Made by a program: the position numbers and the translations under genes. From the NCBI GenBank assembly GCA_951406725.2, contig OX597817.1, positions 170,872,001-170,936,000 on the forward strand: a DNA stretch of 64,000 nt, read 5' to 3'. The notes below the pieces were generated by a model. That model made no database searches. It worked only from the letters and a program-made list of their open reading frames with translations, and was not told the DNA's origin. Numbering within the stretch: the stretch's first letter is position 1; each line of letters opens with the position of its first letter. The stretch comes from Octopus vulgaris. Lineage: Eukaryota. Below, piece by piece: positions 1 to 12,157 of this stretch.

Positions 1-280
1 TCTCTTTTGCCGAACCGATAAGTAACGGGGACATAAACACACCAGCATCGGTTGTCAAGCAATGCTAGGGGACAAACACAGACACACACACACACGCATA
101 TATATATATATATATACATATATACGATGGGCTTCTTTCAGTTTCCGTCTACCAAATCTACTCACAAGGCTTTGGTCGGCCCGAGGCTATGGTAGAAGAC
201 ACTTGCCCAGGGTGCCATGCAGTGGGACTGAACCTGGAACTATGTGGTTGGTAGACAAGCTACTTACCACACAGCCACTC
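1..280 (-). mobile_element. tRNA-derived SINE, family A (truncated by window edge)
   Basis: Reverse complement of GAGTGGCTGTGTGGTAAG...GGTTCAGTCCC head (A/B boxes), internal (TA)/(TG) tract; matches copies at 7257, 12703, 21586. Confidence 0.85.
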
Positions 281-359
281 ATGCTAACAATTCTGCTAGA
301 AGTTTTAGGGAGGCGGGGTAGATACATCAATCCCAGTGTTCAAGTGGTATTTAATTCAT

Positions 360-505
360 CCGAGGTCGACTTTGCCTTTCATCCTTTCGGGGTCGGTAAA
401 TTAAGTACCAGTTACTCACTGGGGTCGATGTAATCGACTTAATACCTATGTCTGTCCTTGTTTGTCCCCTCTATGTTTAGCCCCTTGTGGGTAATAAAGA
501 AATAG
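360..505 (+). mobile_element. SINE family B fragment (Deu/Nin-like core)
   Basis: GAGGTCGACTTTGCCTTTCATCCTTTCGGGGTCG..AAATTAAGTACC core repeated many times in window. Confidence 0.8.
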
Positions 506-1764
506 GTATTTAATTCATTGAATCTGAAAGGATGAAAGGCAAAGTTAACTTTGAGCATTTGAACTCAGAATGTAAAACCAGAAGAAATGCCATTCAGCAC
601 TTTGTCCAGCATGCTAATGGTTCTTCCAGCTCACTACTATTAACAACAACCACAACAACAATACTAAGTTCAAACTTTGGCACAAAGCCAGCAATTGGGG
701 GAAGGGAATAGGTCGATTACATTGGCCTCAATATTAAACTGGTACTTATTTTATCGACCCTGAAAGAATGAAAGTCAAAGTCAACCTCGGTGGAATTTGA
801 ACTCAGAATGTAAAGACAGACAAAATCCTGCTAAGCGTGTTACCTAGTGTGCTAACGATTCTGACTGCTCACAATCTTACTAATGATTCTGCTAACTCGC
901 CGTTTTGCTAATGATTCTGTGTTTCTTTATTGGCCACAAGGGCTCAGATAGATACAAAAAATATGGAACATTCACTGGGGGTGGTTACAAAAAAGGAAAG
1001 GATTAGGTAATGTATGAAAAACTAGGCTTACAAATTATGAAAGGAGCAGGTAAGAGATACTATACAGTATGAACAAGGAAGTATTTAAAATTCTAAAGGT
1101 ACACTCATACATACATACATACATACATACATACACATACACTCATGCACATACATATGTAATTTGAGACTTATACATACATCTTTACACATACACACAC
1201 ATATGAATATATATGCACATATATATTTATACATAGAAATAAATAATAAAAAAAAGCACAAGAAAACACGCAATGATTAAAGTAAGATAAGGCATGAAAG
1301 ATTTTCTGAATAGATTGATTTGAATAGCAATCATAATACAAAAAGATTCTCATTAAATCACTGTGAATTTGTTGATATGAAAGTGCCAACAATTCTTTCA
1401 ACAAAACAAATATTTCAATTTCTCTGCCCGAAATGATTTTATCAAGATGTAGATAAAAATAAAGCAGAAATGAATACAATAGCAACAGCAAAAGAAGTGG
1501 AGGACTTCTAGGAAGGTGTGTGAACAGCGAAAGAATCACCACAAAAGATATTGTTCAAATCTACAAAACAACATATGAACAATCATGACAGATCATAATC
1601 CAAGTAACCCAGACAAAGCAAACAACCGGAAGGAACCAGAACTTTCGACAAGTTGTGGTGCACCTGAGCACTGTATACAATAATTTCATTATATACTATT
1701 ATAATGAAGTCTCAAACTTCTCACTTAAAGATTTTTCAGGGATACATAAAATGTTAGTCTCTTC

Positions 1765-2060
1765 TTAATCCTTTTTGCCCATTGTGGAGCATAGGGCCAG
1801 TTTCCCGGTTTCCTTGATGTATAGGTTCCCCACCTGGATGGGGCGCCCGTCCATCACAGGTGAGCTGCAAGATGCAGGAGGAAAGAGTGAGAGAAAGTTG
1901 TGGTGAAAGAGTCAGCAGAGGTTCGCCATTACCTTCTGCCGGAGCCGCATGGAGCTTAGGTGTTTCGCTCATAAACACATACATCGCCCGGTCTGAGATT
2001 CAACCCACGATCCCTCGACCGCGAGTCCGCTGCTCTAACCACTAGACCATGTGCTTCCAC
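1765..2060 (-). mobile_element. tRNA-derived SINE, family C
   Basis: Minus-strand tRNA-like head (TGGTCTAGTGGTTAGAGCAGCGGACTCGCGGTCG...); similar to copies at 6245, 19692, 35530, 56328. Confidence 0.85.
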
Positions 2061-2064
2061 AAAA

Positions 2065-2290
2065 TGTTAGTAGAGATGTTTAATAAGATGCTGACAGAAC
2101 CAGAGATAACTGGCTTACTGAGAAACTGGCTTACCGAGAGGAAATTTATTTTAATCCCCATGATTAGAAAAACAATAAACCCTGAAAACTACAAATACTT
2201 AAAGAAAAACAACTTGTTTCCAGATGAGCAAAATACTGCACATATGCAAGACCCACAAACTGCAAAGTAAAAATAAGACTGAATAATAAT
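2065..2290 (+). mobile_element. Decayed non-LTR reverse-transcriptase fragment (R4/Dong-like)
   Basis: Translation WLTERKFILIP..INPENY..LKKNNLFPDEQ resembles the N-terminal RT region; followed by short (AAT)n. Confidence 0.45.
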
Positions 2291-2694
2291 AATAAACATC
2301 CAATGATCAAAGCTTATAAATGTGAAGAAAGAGACCCTGTGAGACCTCTGGTAACAGACTACTGTCCGTTCTCACAGAATCAACCAGAGCAAACAAGACT
2401 GAGCACTCTGAGAAGTAAAACAACAATAACAATCTTTTTTACTATAGGCACAAGGCCTCAAATTTGGGGGAGGGGTGTAGTCGATTACATTGACCCCAGT
2501 GTTTCACTGGTACTTAATTTATCAACCCCAAAAGGATGAAAGGCAAAGTCAACCTCAGCGAAATTTGGACCCAGAATGTAAAAACATTAAATAACCGCTA
2601 AGCATACAATGGTTTCAAAATTTGGCACCAGGCCAATTTGGAGGAGCTAATTGACTACATCGACCCCAGTGCTCAAGTGGTATTTATTTTATTA

Positions 2695-3112
2695 GGCAGC
2701 GAGCTGGCAGAAATGTTAGCACGCCGGGCGAAATGACTAGCGGTTTTTCGTCTGCTGTTACGTTCTGAGTTCAAATTCCGCTGAGGTCGACTTTGCCTTT
2801 CATCCTTTCGGGGTCGATAAATTAAGTACCAGTTACGCACTGGGGTCGATGTAATTGACTTAATACCTATGTCTGTCCTTGTTTGTCCCCTCTGTGTTTA
2901 GCCCCTTGTGGGTAATAAAGAAATAGGTATTTCGTCTGCTGTTACGTTCTGAGTTCAAATTCTGCCGAGGTCGACTTTGCCTTTCATCCTTTCGGGGTCG
3001 ATGAATTAAGTACCAGTTATGCACTGAGGTCGGTGTAATCGACTTAATACCTATGTCTGTCCTTGTTTGTCCCCTCTATGTTTAGCCCCTTATGGGTAAT
3101 AAAGAAATAGGT
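2695..3112 (+). mobile_element. SINE family B, partial tandem dimer
   Basis: Head GGCAGCGAGCTGGCAGAAATGTTAGC, B-box GAGTTCAAATTC; ~185-bp body repeated twice. Confidence 0.85.
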
Positions 3113-3379
3113 ATTTATTTTATTAGCCCCAAACAGTTGAAAGGCAACGTTGACCCTGGCAGCATTTGAACTCAGGAAGTAAAAACAGATGAAATACTAC
3201 CAAGCATTTTGCTCAGTATGCTGACAATTTTGTCAGCTCACCACCTTAATAAGCCCACGAATACTAATTTCAAAGACATTGGGATACTGCCTGCTAAGTT
3301 TAATCCTAGTGACATTATTCAGGATATCCTTGTACAACAAGGATTGAAGACTGTGCAAAATATTGACTGTGAATTCAAA

Positions 3380-5703
3380 GTAGTTGTACGTCCAGGACAA
3401 ATAACAAAACTGAAAGGGGAGACTAGAAGACTGTCAAGAAACTGGTTTTTTCGAACTTTATAAAATGGAAAAAAAATCTGGAGAACTTGAATGATTTGCT
3501 CTCCATTGAAAGAAGCCATGATTTGCTTTTGTTGTAAGCTATTTTCAAGTGAAAACTCAAATTTTGCTCAGTTGATGGTTTCAAATCTTGGTGGAAGTTG
3601 AATCCTAAGATACAAGAACATGAATCCAGCCCTGCACATGAGAATGCGTTCACTCAGTGGAAAGAGCTAGAAATTCCCCTTTCCAAAAGCAAGGTAAAAG
3701 ACAAAGAACAACAAACTCTTGTTGAAAATGAAACAAAAAACTGGAAGCAAATCTTGACTAGATTCTTGGACATAATAATGTTTCTTGCTAAACAAAACCT
3801 GGCTTTACGAGGCCATGGAGAAGACATTCGAGTTGAGAAGGAACATAAAAATAAAGGGAATTTTCTGGAGCTTGTCCAACTGATTGGAAAATCTGACCCA
3901 GTGCTATGTGGACATTTGGTGAAAGTAAAATTGATAAGTTTACAACTTCCTATCTCTCACCAAAAATTCAGAATGAATTTGTGAACGTCCTGAGAGATCA
4001 AGTGAGAAAGAAAGTTATCAATGAAATAAAACAAAGTAAATACTATTGCATTATTTTCCATTGTACTCCAGACATTTCTCATATTGACCAAATTTCTCAG
4101 GTGCTACGTTATGTTAAAATAGATGAAAAGGAAGTAAAAATAGAAGAAACCTTTCTTTGTTTTATTGAGATGAAAGGCAAAAATGCTGAGCAAATTACAT
4201 CAACGATTCTGAAACAATTAGAAATGGATGACAATAAGCATTTGATAACACGGCAGTAATGGCAGGTTATCGATCCAGTGTTCAAGTGTACATCACAGAA
4301 GTTAACCCAAAGATTATATTTGTGCTATGCACCAATCATTCTCTGAATTTAGCAGCCGTGCATGCAGCTTCAGTGGATGCAGATTCAATTACATGTTTTG
4401 GTACATTGGACCATTTATTTTCATTCTTCTCAGCTTCCACTCGTCGATGGGATATTTTGATTGAGATAAATGGTGCAACAATCAAACAGGCTGGAGAAAC
4501 AAGATGTAGTCAAGCAGAAGGAGTGGAAGATGTACAAACAAAATTCATGGAAATCATCGCTGCGCTAGAACGGTTGAGGGAAAATGCAGAAAATGCAACT
4601 ACGAGATCTGATGCAGGTTTAATTCTTCAGGCAATGCTGTCATTTTCTTTCTTGTAATTTCTTGACTATTGGAGAGATATACTTCCTGAAATTAATGACA
4701 CTGAAAAGTACTTCCAAACGAAAGGTCTGGAGTTGCAATAATGTGCCATTAAACTATCAGCCTTGAAAACTTCTCTATTTGTAAACAAAGACAAAACATT
4801 GGGCGACGTATTGGCCTATTCAACTGAAATTTGCTCTGATATGGGAATCAGCACAGAGCATCGAATGCACAAAAGGAAAAGAATGAGCTACAAAGAAAGT
4901 ATCGATGCTGTTCTCAGCTACGATGCTGAGCTAAGAAGAGAAATGTTGTCAGTGCTAGACTGGTTGAAGAAATAACCTCTAGACTCGAAAGACTTCACGA
5001 TATTGCAAAGAAATACACCTTTCTCACACAGTCTAATTTGTCAGATAAAGAGTGTAATTGTGATGTAGATGCTTTTGATGAGAATATTAAGAGAGAAAAC
5101 ATTCTGGTTGAAAGGGCAAAACTGCAGAATTATTTGGCGGCTGCTGATGCTGAAGATATAGCAAAACCTTTGCAAGTTCTTCAGTTTATTCAGAAATATA
5201 ATCTTATTGATTCATTGCCAAACATTGTAATACTTTTAAGAGTCTTCCTAATTTGTACCACATTAGTGTTGCTAGCTGTGAACATTCCTTTTCTAAACTA
5301 AAGCTCATCAAGAACCGCTTCAGGTCAACAATAAGTCAAACAAGGTTGACTGATTTGGCAATACTATCCATAGAGCGTGACCTTGCAGATAAAATTAATT
5401 CTGATGAGGTCATTCAAGATTTCACGAAGAGGAAGGCATGTAAAATCAATTTGTAAATTGTTTATTTTTGTAATTCACTCATCTGCTCTTTAACATATTT
5501 TTCCTTTTTTTTTTTCGTGTGTATAAATATAATTAAAGTAAATTTGAGGGAAATAATTGGTTGCTGCAGTTTGTCTTCTTATTTTGCATACACATACACC
5601 TGTATAATTCCATTTTTGGCGTTTTGAAGTGTTATTAGAACTTTTAAGGGGTGGCCAAAATAACATCCACCCCAGGTGGTACTCGTGCTAAGTATGCCAC
5701 TGC
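3380..5703 (+). pseudogene. Decayed hAT-superfamily transposon (ZMYM1/DUF4371-like transposase)
   Basis: Consecutive frameshifted ORFs: FLAKQNLALRGH, GNFLELV, YLSPKIQNE, CTPDISH.DQ, C.NHSLNL, SVASCEHSFSKLKLIK..RST..Q.RL..LAILSIE (hAT dimerisation domain); 3' end ...GCCACTG typical of a hAT TIR. Confidence 0.9.
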
Positions 5704-5933
5704 TTATATAATATGCCCATGGATAGAAAACATTAAATATGTAAATTAATTTATGTGGTTTACTGTAGTTCCTAATATCAGTGGGTTTATAATTCTGCTG
5801 AGGTCGACTTTGCCTTTCATCCTTTTGGGGTCAATAAATTAAGTGCCAGTCGCATACTGAGGTCAATCTAATTGACTGGACCCTCCCCCAAAATTTCAGG
5901 TCTTGTGCCTAGAGTAGAAAAGAATATTAGTGG

Positions 5934-6052
5934 TTTTACGGCCATATCACATTGAAAGCACCGGTTCTCGTCTGATCACCGAAGTTAAGCAACGTCGAGC
6001 CGAGTCAGAACTTAGATGGGTGACCGCTTGGGAAACCTGGGTGTAGTAAGCA
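5934..6052 (+). rRNA. 5S rRNA-derived sequence (pseudogene or SINE head)
   Basis: TTACGGCCATATCACATTGAAAGCACCGGTTCTCGTCTGATCACCGAAGTTAAGCAACGTCG...GATGGGTGACCGCTTGGGAA; ~119 nt; no oligo-T terminator, followed by SINE-A tail. Confidence 0.9.
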
Positions 6053-6244
6053 TAGCACATTGTTAAAGGCGGTGCTCCAGCATGGCCGCAGTCAAATGAC
6101 TGAAACAAGTAAAAGAGTAAAAGAGTAAAGAGAGTGTTTGTGGACTGTTAAAGAGAGTATACAGTTGCTGTCAAGTATTCCAACAGAAGTCAGATTCCAC
6201 AATCTACTGTTCCCTCTTTTTCTGTCCATGAATATGCCATCTTT

Positions 6245-6544
6245 GTTCCTTCTCGAGCCATCCCTGGCTCATAGGGCCGGTTTCCCGGTTTCCTTGGCAT
6301 ATAGGTTCCCCACCTGGTCGGGACGCCGGTCCATTGCAGGTGAGCTGCAAGATACAGGAGGAAAGGGTGAGAGAAAGTTGTGGCGAAAGAGTCAGCAGAA
6401 GTTCATCATCATCATCTTCTGCTGGAGCCGTGGGGAGCTTAGGTGTTTCACTCATAAACAGCCACATTGCCCGGTCTGAGATTCGAACCCATGATTCCTT
6501 GACCGTGAGTCTGCTACTCTAACCACTAGGCCATGTGCCTCCAC
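6245..6544 (-). mobile_element. tRNA-derived SINE, family C
   Basis: Similar along its length to 1765-2060. Confidence 0.85.
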
Positions 6545-7148
6545 AATATGTCATGTAGGACGCAATTATTTACATTTTTTGTAACACACAATGTTAGCTA
6601 ATAAATCTGTATATTTTTTCTAGAGTACATTCTAACACTGAAATGAAATACAATTAACACACAAGTAAGGATATATGTATCTGTAACACTTCAGTGTTGG
6701 TTAACCTGATTGAAATAGTTGCAAAATCTCCTTCATATTGCTCCCTACTTCCTTAAAGAAATGGATACATATGATAGTAAACATGGTCTTACAATATTTG
6801 TACAGAGGGATAAGGCTGTCGTTGTTGAGATACCTTTGGTCATAGATTTGGTTAGTCTGATCTATTCCTCACATCACAACCATCACTACAATCAGCATAA
6901 GCCCCACAATTAGCATCACCATCATCAGCATCATAACTGTCAATACCAGTATAACTACCAAAATCACCATCAGCAGCAGCATATCTACCATCATCATAAT
7001 GCCTTCACCAGTACAACAACCACAATCACCAGCATAACTGATATCATCATCACTGCCATCATCAATATAAGTACCTTCACTTGTGTACAAGGAGAGTACC
7101 AAAAGTCAAAATATCAACAGTTAAAGTGTTGACAGACAAAATGTAGCT

Positions 7149-7768
7149 CAGTGGTTCTCAACAAGGGTCCATATAGCCTTTAAGGGTCCAATATAAGATT
7201 TTGTTGTTAAAATTTATGTGCAATAAATTGCCCATACTTCTACAATACACAATATATGAGTGGCTGTGTGGTAAGTAGCTTGCTTACCAACCACATGGTT
7301 CTGGGTTCAGTCCCACTGCATGGCATCTTGGGCAAGTGTCTTCTACTAGAGCCTCAGGCCAACCAAAGCCTTGTGAGTGGATTTGGTAGGCAGAAACTGA
7401 AAAAAGCCCGCCATATATATGTATACGTATATATATATGTGTGTGTGTTTGTGTGTCGGTGTTTGTCCCCCCAACATTGCTTGACAATCAATTATGTCCC
7501 CGTAACTTAGTGATTCGGCAAAAGAGACTGATAAAATAAGTACTAGGCTTGCAAAGAATAAGTCCTGGGGTTGATTTGCACGACTAAAGGCAGTGCTCCA
7601 GCATGGCCACAGTCAAATGACTGAAACAAGTAAAAGAGTAGTTTCTAAAATTATTCAATTATAAAAATAGAAGTTTTATTGCACATAAACATTGAATGGC
7701 TATGAGGGTCCACAGGAGTAAAATAGGAATTAAGGGGTCCGGATATGAAAAATGGTTGAGAACCATTG
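7149..7768. mobile_element. hAT (Charlie-like) MITE interrupted by a SINE
   Basis: TIRs CAGTGGTTCTCAAC / GTTGAGAACCATTG; related copy at 31164-31412. Confidence 0.6.
7257..7640 (+). mobile_element. tRNA-derived SINE, family A (full length)
   Basis: tRNA head, microsatellite, tail GGCAGTGCTCCAGCATGGCC..AGTCAAATGACTGAAACAAGTAAAAGAG. Confidence 0.9.
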
Positions 7769-7775
7769 ATGCCAA

Positions 7776-8261
7776 TGACATGCATAAGATCTGGTCATCA
7801 AATCTAAGTAGAGACTTCAAACTTGAAATCTTCAAAGCCACAGTCGAACCAATTCTACTATATGGCTCAGAAACCTGGACGTTATCAAAGAAGCTTGAGA
7901 GGCGGTTGGATGGAACCTACTCTCGCCTCCTTATGAGAGCTCAAAATCTCTCGTGGAAGCGTCATCCAACCAAAATGCAAATATATGGGAAACTACCACC
8001 TGTGTCATCTCTTGTGAAAGGTAGGAGAGTCCAGTTTGCTGGACATTGTTGTAGAGCTGAAAAAGAAGTAATTTCTACACTTCTCCTCTGGAAGCCATCT
8101 ACTCGCAATACCAGAGGGCGCACACTCTCCTACCCTGATGTAATCTCCAGGGATACAGGCATCCAGCAACAGGACCTCCGTAATGCCATGATGGACCGTG
8201 AAGTCTGGCGTAGCATGGTAAATTCCATTGTCTCGACCATGGTCGAATAATGATGATGATT
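7776..8261 (+). mobile_element. 5'-truncated RTE-clade LINE (3' end of ORF)
   Basis: ILLYGSETW, FAGHC.R, DREVW motifs; open frame to stop at 8250; (TGA)n tail; 11-bp TSD ATTGATGCCAA at 7765-7775 and 8262-8272. Confidence 0.9.
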
Positions 8262-8982
8262 ATTGATGCCAACTTTCAAATGATGTAGACTTTCAAATGT
8301 CAGAAAATACCAAGAAAAAACAAAACACAAACAGTTTTTCTTTATCTAAGATCATAAAAAGAGTAATTCAATTTTAAACTGAAGCAATTTATTGATTAGA
8401 CTATTGCCAAAATTTGTATTTAATTAAAAAAAACGAAAAAATATAATTGTTTTTAAAGTTGAAGTAATATATTAAAAAAGAAAAAGATTGCCAAAAAATG
8501 ATTTGTTTTATAATTAAAGTGATTTAGTTAAAATGAAGCTATAAAATGCGAGCTCTTGACCTTAAGAAGATTTGGAGCTGGTCAAATTATACATTGTAAG
8601 TACTGAGATCATTAATCTTGGTTTAATTTTATTTATTCATGCTGTGTTTCCCCATCTCCCACAGAGATATTTATTTGGGAATTAATTCAGTATTAGCGTC
8701 TTGCTCTAACTGTAATTTCTTGATGAGCATACACATTGTTAGACAGGTTATTGAAACCTTTCAATTGAAATCTTGTCACTTCTCCAGAGGATTAGCTGCT
8801 CCGAATAGATAGAATTCAATTCAGATATAATCAAATTTCAAAGGCTGGGCATTTTCAGCAACCATACTTAATAGTGCCAAGCCATGCTGTTTCAAAATAT
8901 TCCCAAATCTTTCATATCATTGTATTTGTATCATCATCTTGGGAGTTCACAAATTCAGTATATATACAGACATACATATATA

Positions 8983-9180
8983 CACAGGGTGTGGTGAATA
9001 AATTGTCATCTAAATTACGCATAATGAAAATAACACTGACATCTCATTTTAACAGATATATCTACCAAAATTACATAAAGATATCTAGAAATTCTAAAGA
9101 GTAAATATATTCGTTAAAATCGCCATTGGTTTCAACCACGGCCTCCAGGTGACTTTGGAACCTCCTGCAACTTGTGAATT
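8983..9180. mobile_element. Tc1/mariner terminal fragment
   Basis: TA + CAGGGTGTGG..AATAAATTGTC end; minus strand shows transposase C-terminus-like FQSHLEAVVETNGDF. Confidence 0.5.
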
Positions 9181-9501
9181 TTTGTTGCTTTTGCAACCTT
9201 GCCTGTTATCAGAGCTGCAATAACTGACAGAGTCAGCATCCATTCACAAGGTTGTGAAAGCAAGGAAAATTTTGGAAAGGCAAAATATAAATGATAGATG
9301 AGTGGAAATTGAACAGGTGAGTGTGTTAGATATTAAGGCAGCATAATTCTCCCCAGGCACAACAGAATTTGTTTCAGCACACAAATTCACATTTTGTGAC
9401 ATCCCGTACCCATATATGCATACCTATATACATACATGTGTATGTATGTACATATATGTGTGTATATATGCATATATATATATATATTATATTATATTAT
9501 A

Positions 9502-9803
9502 CTAGAAGTATCGCCCGGCGTTGCTCGGGTTTGTAAGGGAAATAACTATATAAGCATTTTTAGAGAGTTACTTCCCTTATATAATAGCAAAAAAATGCAT
9601 TAAAAATGGGAAAAAATTATGGTAATTTTTTTTAAAAGTCGTAGACTCATCGTAGACACGCGCTAATACCCAGAAGGGTTCGATATGAATCACGACTATA
9701 AGATACCCGGTTTTGGTTAAACTGCACCGCAAAATGTGGGAGTAGTTAAGAATCTAAATCGTAGGAGACAGACAGCACACAACTTCACTTTTATATATAA
9801 AGA
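9502..9803 (-). mobile_element. Non-autonomous Helitron
   Basis: Minus strand starts TC(TTTATATATAAAAG), ends with hairpin CCCGAGCAACGCCGGG then CTAG; inserted between A and T, no TSD. Confidence 0.85.
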
Positions 9804-10019
9804 TATATATATATATATATTGTGTGTTTGTGTGTGTGTGTGTGTATATGTGTTACTTTGTGTTAAACAAATGAGAGAGGAGTGCTCCATACATGTAAAG
9901 GATATGTTATGTTATTGATTGAAACTGAAACTAAGGGTTTATCTCTTGAGTTGAGTTTCACACAACTGTCATTTTCAGGCAGTCGTCTGTCACAACTCTG
10001 TACTATATATATATGTGTG

Positions 10020-10090
<71 letters not shown>

Positions 10091-10098
<8 letters not shown>

Positions 10099-10441
10099 AT
10101 ATTTCGGAATGGTCATATTGCCAGTTTAGCCAATAAAAACACACGCACTATATATTTGGTGTTATTTATTTTTTACATTAATCTTAATCTTATTTTGGCC
10201 AGAGTTCTTTCGTCACACTCCTGTGACCGCATCAGTGGTCCTTTGTTTTCTTCTTACTTATTTGTGTCTCTCCTTACTAACCATCAGCCATTTTGTATAA
10301 ATACTGAAGCAAAATAACACCAAATATATAGTGCGTGTGTTTTTATTGGCTAAACTGGCAATATGACCATTCCGAAATATAACAATATCTGTTTCAACAC
10401 ACGACTTCACATAAAAAATCTTGCACAACAAATATTTAAAC
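10091..10441. mobile_element. Fold-back element with hammerhead-like motif (Penelope pLTR-like)
   Basis: Inverted arms 10091-10167 / 10312-10388; HHR-like motif on minus strand 10197-10241; flanked by (TA)n on both sides. Confidence 0.6.
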
Positions 10442-10478
<37 letters not shown>

Positions 10479-10679
10479 TACATATAGTACTGAATTATGA
10501 CAAAAGTATAGAGTAATGTTTCAGATTAATGTAAAATATAGTTTTTATTATAAGTAATATATAATATATGTACATACAAGTGTGTGATTGTGTGTGTGTG
10601 TGTGTGTGTGTGTGTATTTACTTATAATAAAAACTATATTTTACATTAATCTGAAAGATTACTCTATAAATATGTGCAT

Positions 10680-10723
<44 letters not shown>

Positions 10724-10904
10724 ATAATAAATATTAGGGAATAAATCCAAAATTACAGGGAAAAAAATCAGATTTAAGATTAAATCCAATTTTATAGTAA
10801 AATATTATATAATATTAATTCGAGACAAAACCACTATTTTGCAAATCAAACAAGGAAAGACTTAATCAATACATAAAAATTTTTAATATAAAGTAAATAA
10901 ATCG

Positions 10905-10948
10905 CCACTACAATTGTTTCATGTCTTCAAATGACATTCGTCAGGTGG
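10905..10948 (-). ncRNA. Minimal type-I hammerhead ribozyme (mirror copy)
   Basis: Reverse complement of 11003-11046. Confidence 0.85.
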
Positions 10949-11002
10949 ATTTCCGATCTTCTAGTCAGTTTTAAAATTAAAACTGACTAGAAGATCGGAA
11001 AT

Positions 11003-11046
11003 CCACCTGACGAATGTCATTTGAAGACATGAAACAATTGTAGTGG
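11003..11046 (+). ncRNA. Minimal type-I hammerhead ribozyme
   Basis: CCAC-CUGACGA-AUGUC(auuugaa)GACAU-GAAA-CAAUUG-UA-GUGG: all core bases present, stems I and II paired, palindromic stem III. Confidence 0.85.
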
Positions 11047-11145
11047 CGATTTATTTACTTTATATTAAAAAATTTTTATGTATTGATTAAGTCTTTCCTT
11101 GTTTGATTTGCAAAATAGTGGTTTTGTCTCGAATTAATATTATCT

Positions 11146-11620
11146 TATCATCATCATCATCGTTTAGCGTCCGTTTTCCATGCTAGCATGGGTTGGACGG
11201 TTCTACTGGGGTCTGTGAAGCCAGAAGGCTTCATCAGGCCCAGTCAAATCTGGCAGTGTTTCTACGGCTGGATGCCCTTCCTAGCGCCAACCACTCCGTG
11301 AGTGTAGTGGGTGCTTTTTACGTGCCACCCGCACTGGTGCCAGACAGAGCTGGCAAACAGCCACGAACGGATGGTGCTTTTTATGTGCCACCGGCACGAG
11401 GGCCAGGCGAGGCTGGCAACGGACACGAAACGGGGCGGTGCTGGCAACGGTCGCGAAACGGAAAGTTCTCTTACATGCCACCGGCACTGGTAACACATCT
11501 GCAATTTCCATTGATCGATTTCGATTCTGATCCTCACTTGCCTCAACGGGTCTTCACAAGTAGAGTTTCAACATGCCACCGGCACTGGTAACACATCCGC
11601 AATTTCCATTGATCGATTTT
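11146..11620 (-). mobile_element. Repeat family D ((TGA)n-tailed, RTE-type 3' end, internal tandem units)
   Basis: Tail CCATGCTAGCATGGAAAACGGACG.TAAACGATGATG; similar to 17890, 20595, 57230. Confidence 0.8.
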
Positions 11621-11849
11621 AATTATATATATATATATATATATATGCACATATTTTTGTGTATATATGTACATACAAGTGTGTGTTTGTGTTTGTTTGT
11701 GTGTGGTGGGGGTGAGTATGTATTTACTTATAATAAAAACTATATTTTACATTAATCTGAAAGGTTACTCTATACTTTTGTGGAATACCAACTAAATTAT
11801 TCTTAAACATGAATATTGTTGACAGGGACTTCAAAGTTTTGCCCAGTTA

Positions 11850-11993
11850 AGCCTTCATTGGACCATGATGCATTAGAGCTAATCATGGCTTTATACAGTC
11901 TCTGTTGGGTTAGAGTCTTCCAAGCCTTCATTGGACCATGATGCATTAGAGCTAATCATGGTTTTATACAGTCTCTGTTGGGTTAGAGTCTTC
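11850..11993. repeat. 72-bp tandem duplication
   Basis: AAGCCTTCATTGGACCATGATGCATTAGAGC...TTAGAGTCTTCC occurs twice. Confidence 0.9.
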
Positions 11994-12157
11994 CTTAGGT
12001 ATGTGAATTTGCATATCGCTCACTATATGCCAGGATTATTCATAAAGAAATTCATAAGCACAACCAACACCACAGCACAAACATTTTTATATTTTGTCCC
12101 TTCACCACTAGCAAAGTAATTACCCCTCTCAGATTTAGGTAATAGAATGCCAACTAA

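Larger units (their letters stand above)
10720..11143. mobile_element. Fold-back Penelope pLTR-like element with two mirror hammerheads
   Basis: ~165-bp near-perfect palindrome centred at ~10976; same family at 53890-54130. Confidence 0.75.

Noticed and set aside
3598-5456. Domesticated ZMYM1/ZBED-like gene
   Set aside because: Multiple frameshifts and stops with no splice signals bridging them.
5934-6052. Functional 5S rRNA gene
   Set aside because: Single copy, substitutions in the 3' half and termini, no oligo-T terminator.
7696-8250. 184-aa ORF as a host gene
   Set aside because: The ATG and first ~25 codons come from a MITE; the rest is an RTE LINE fragment bounded by a TSD.
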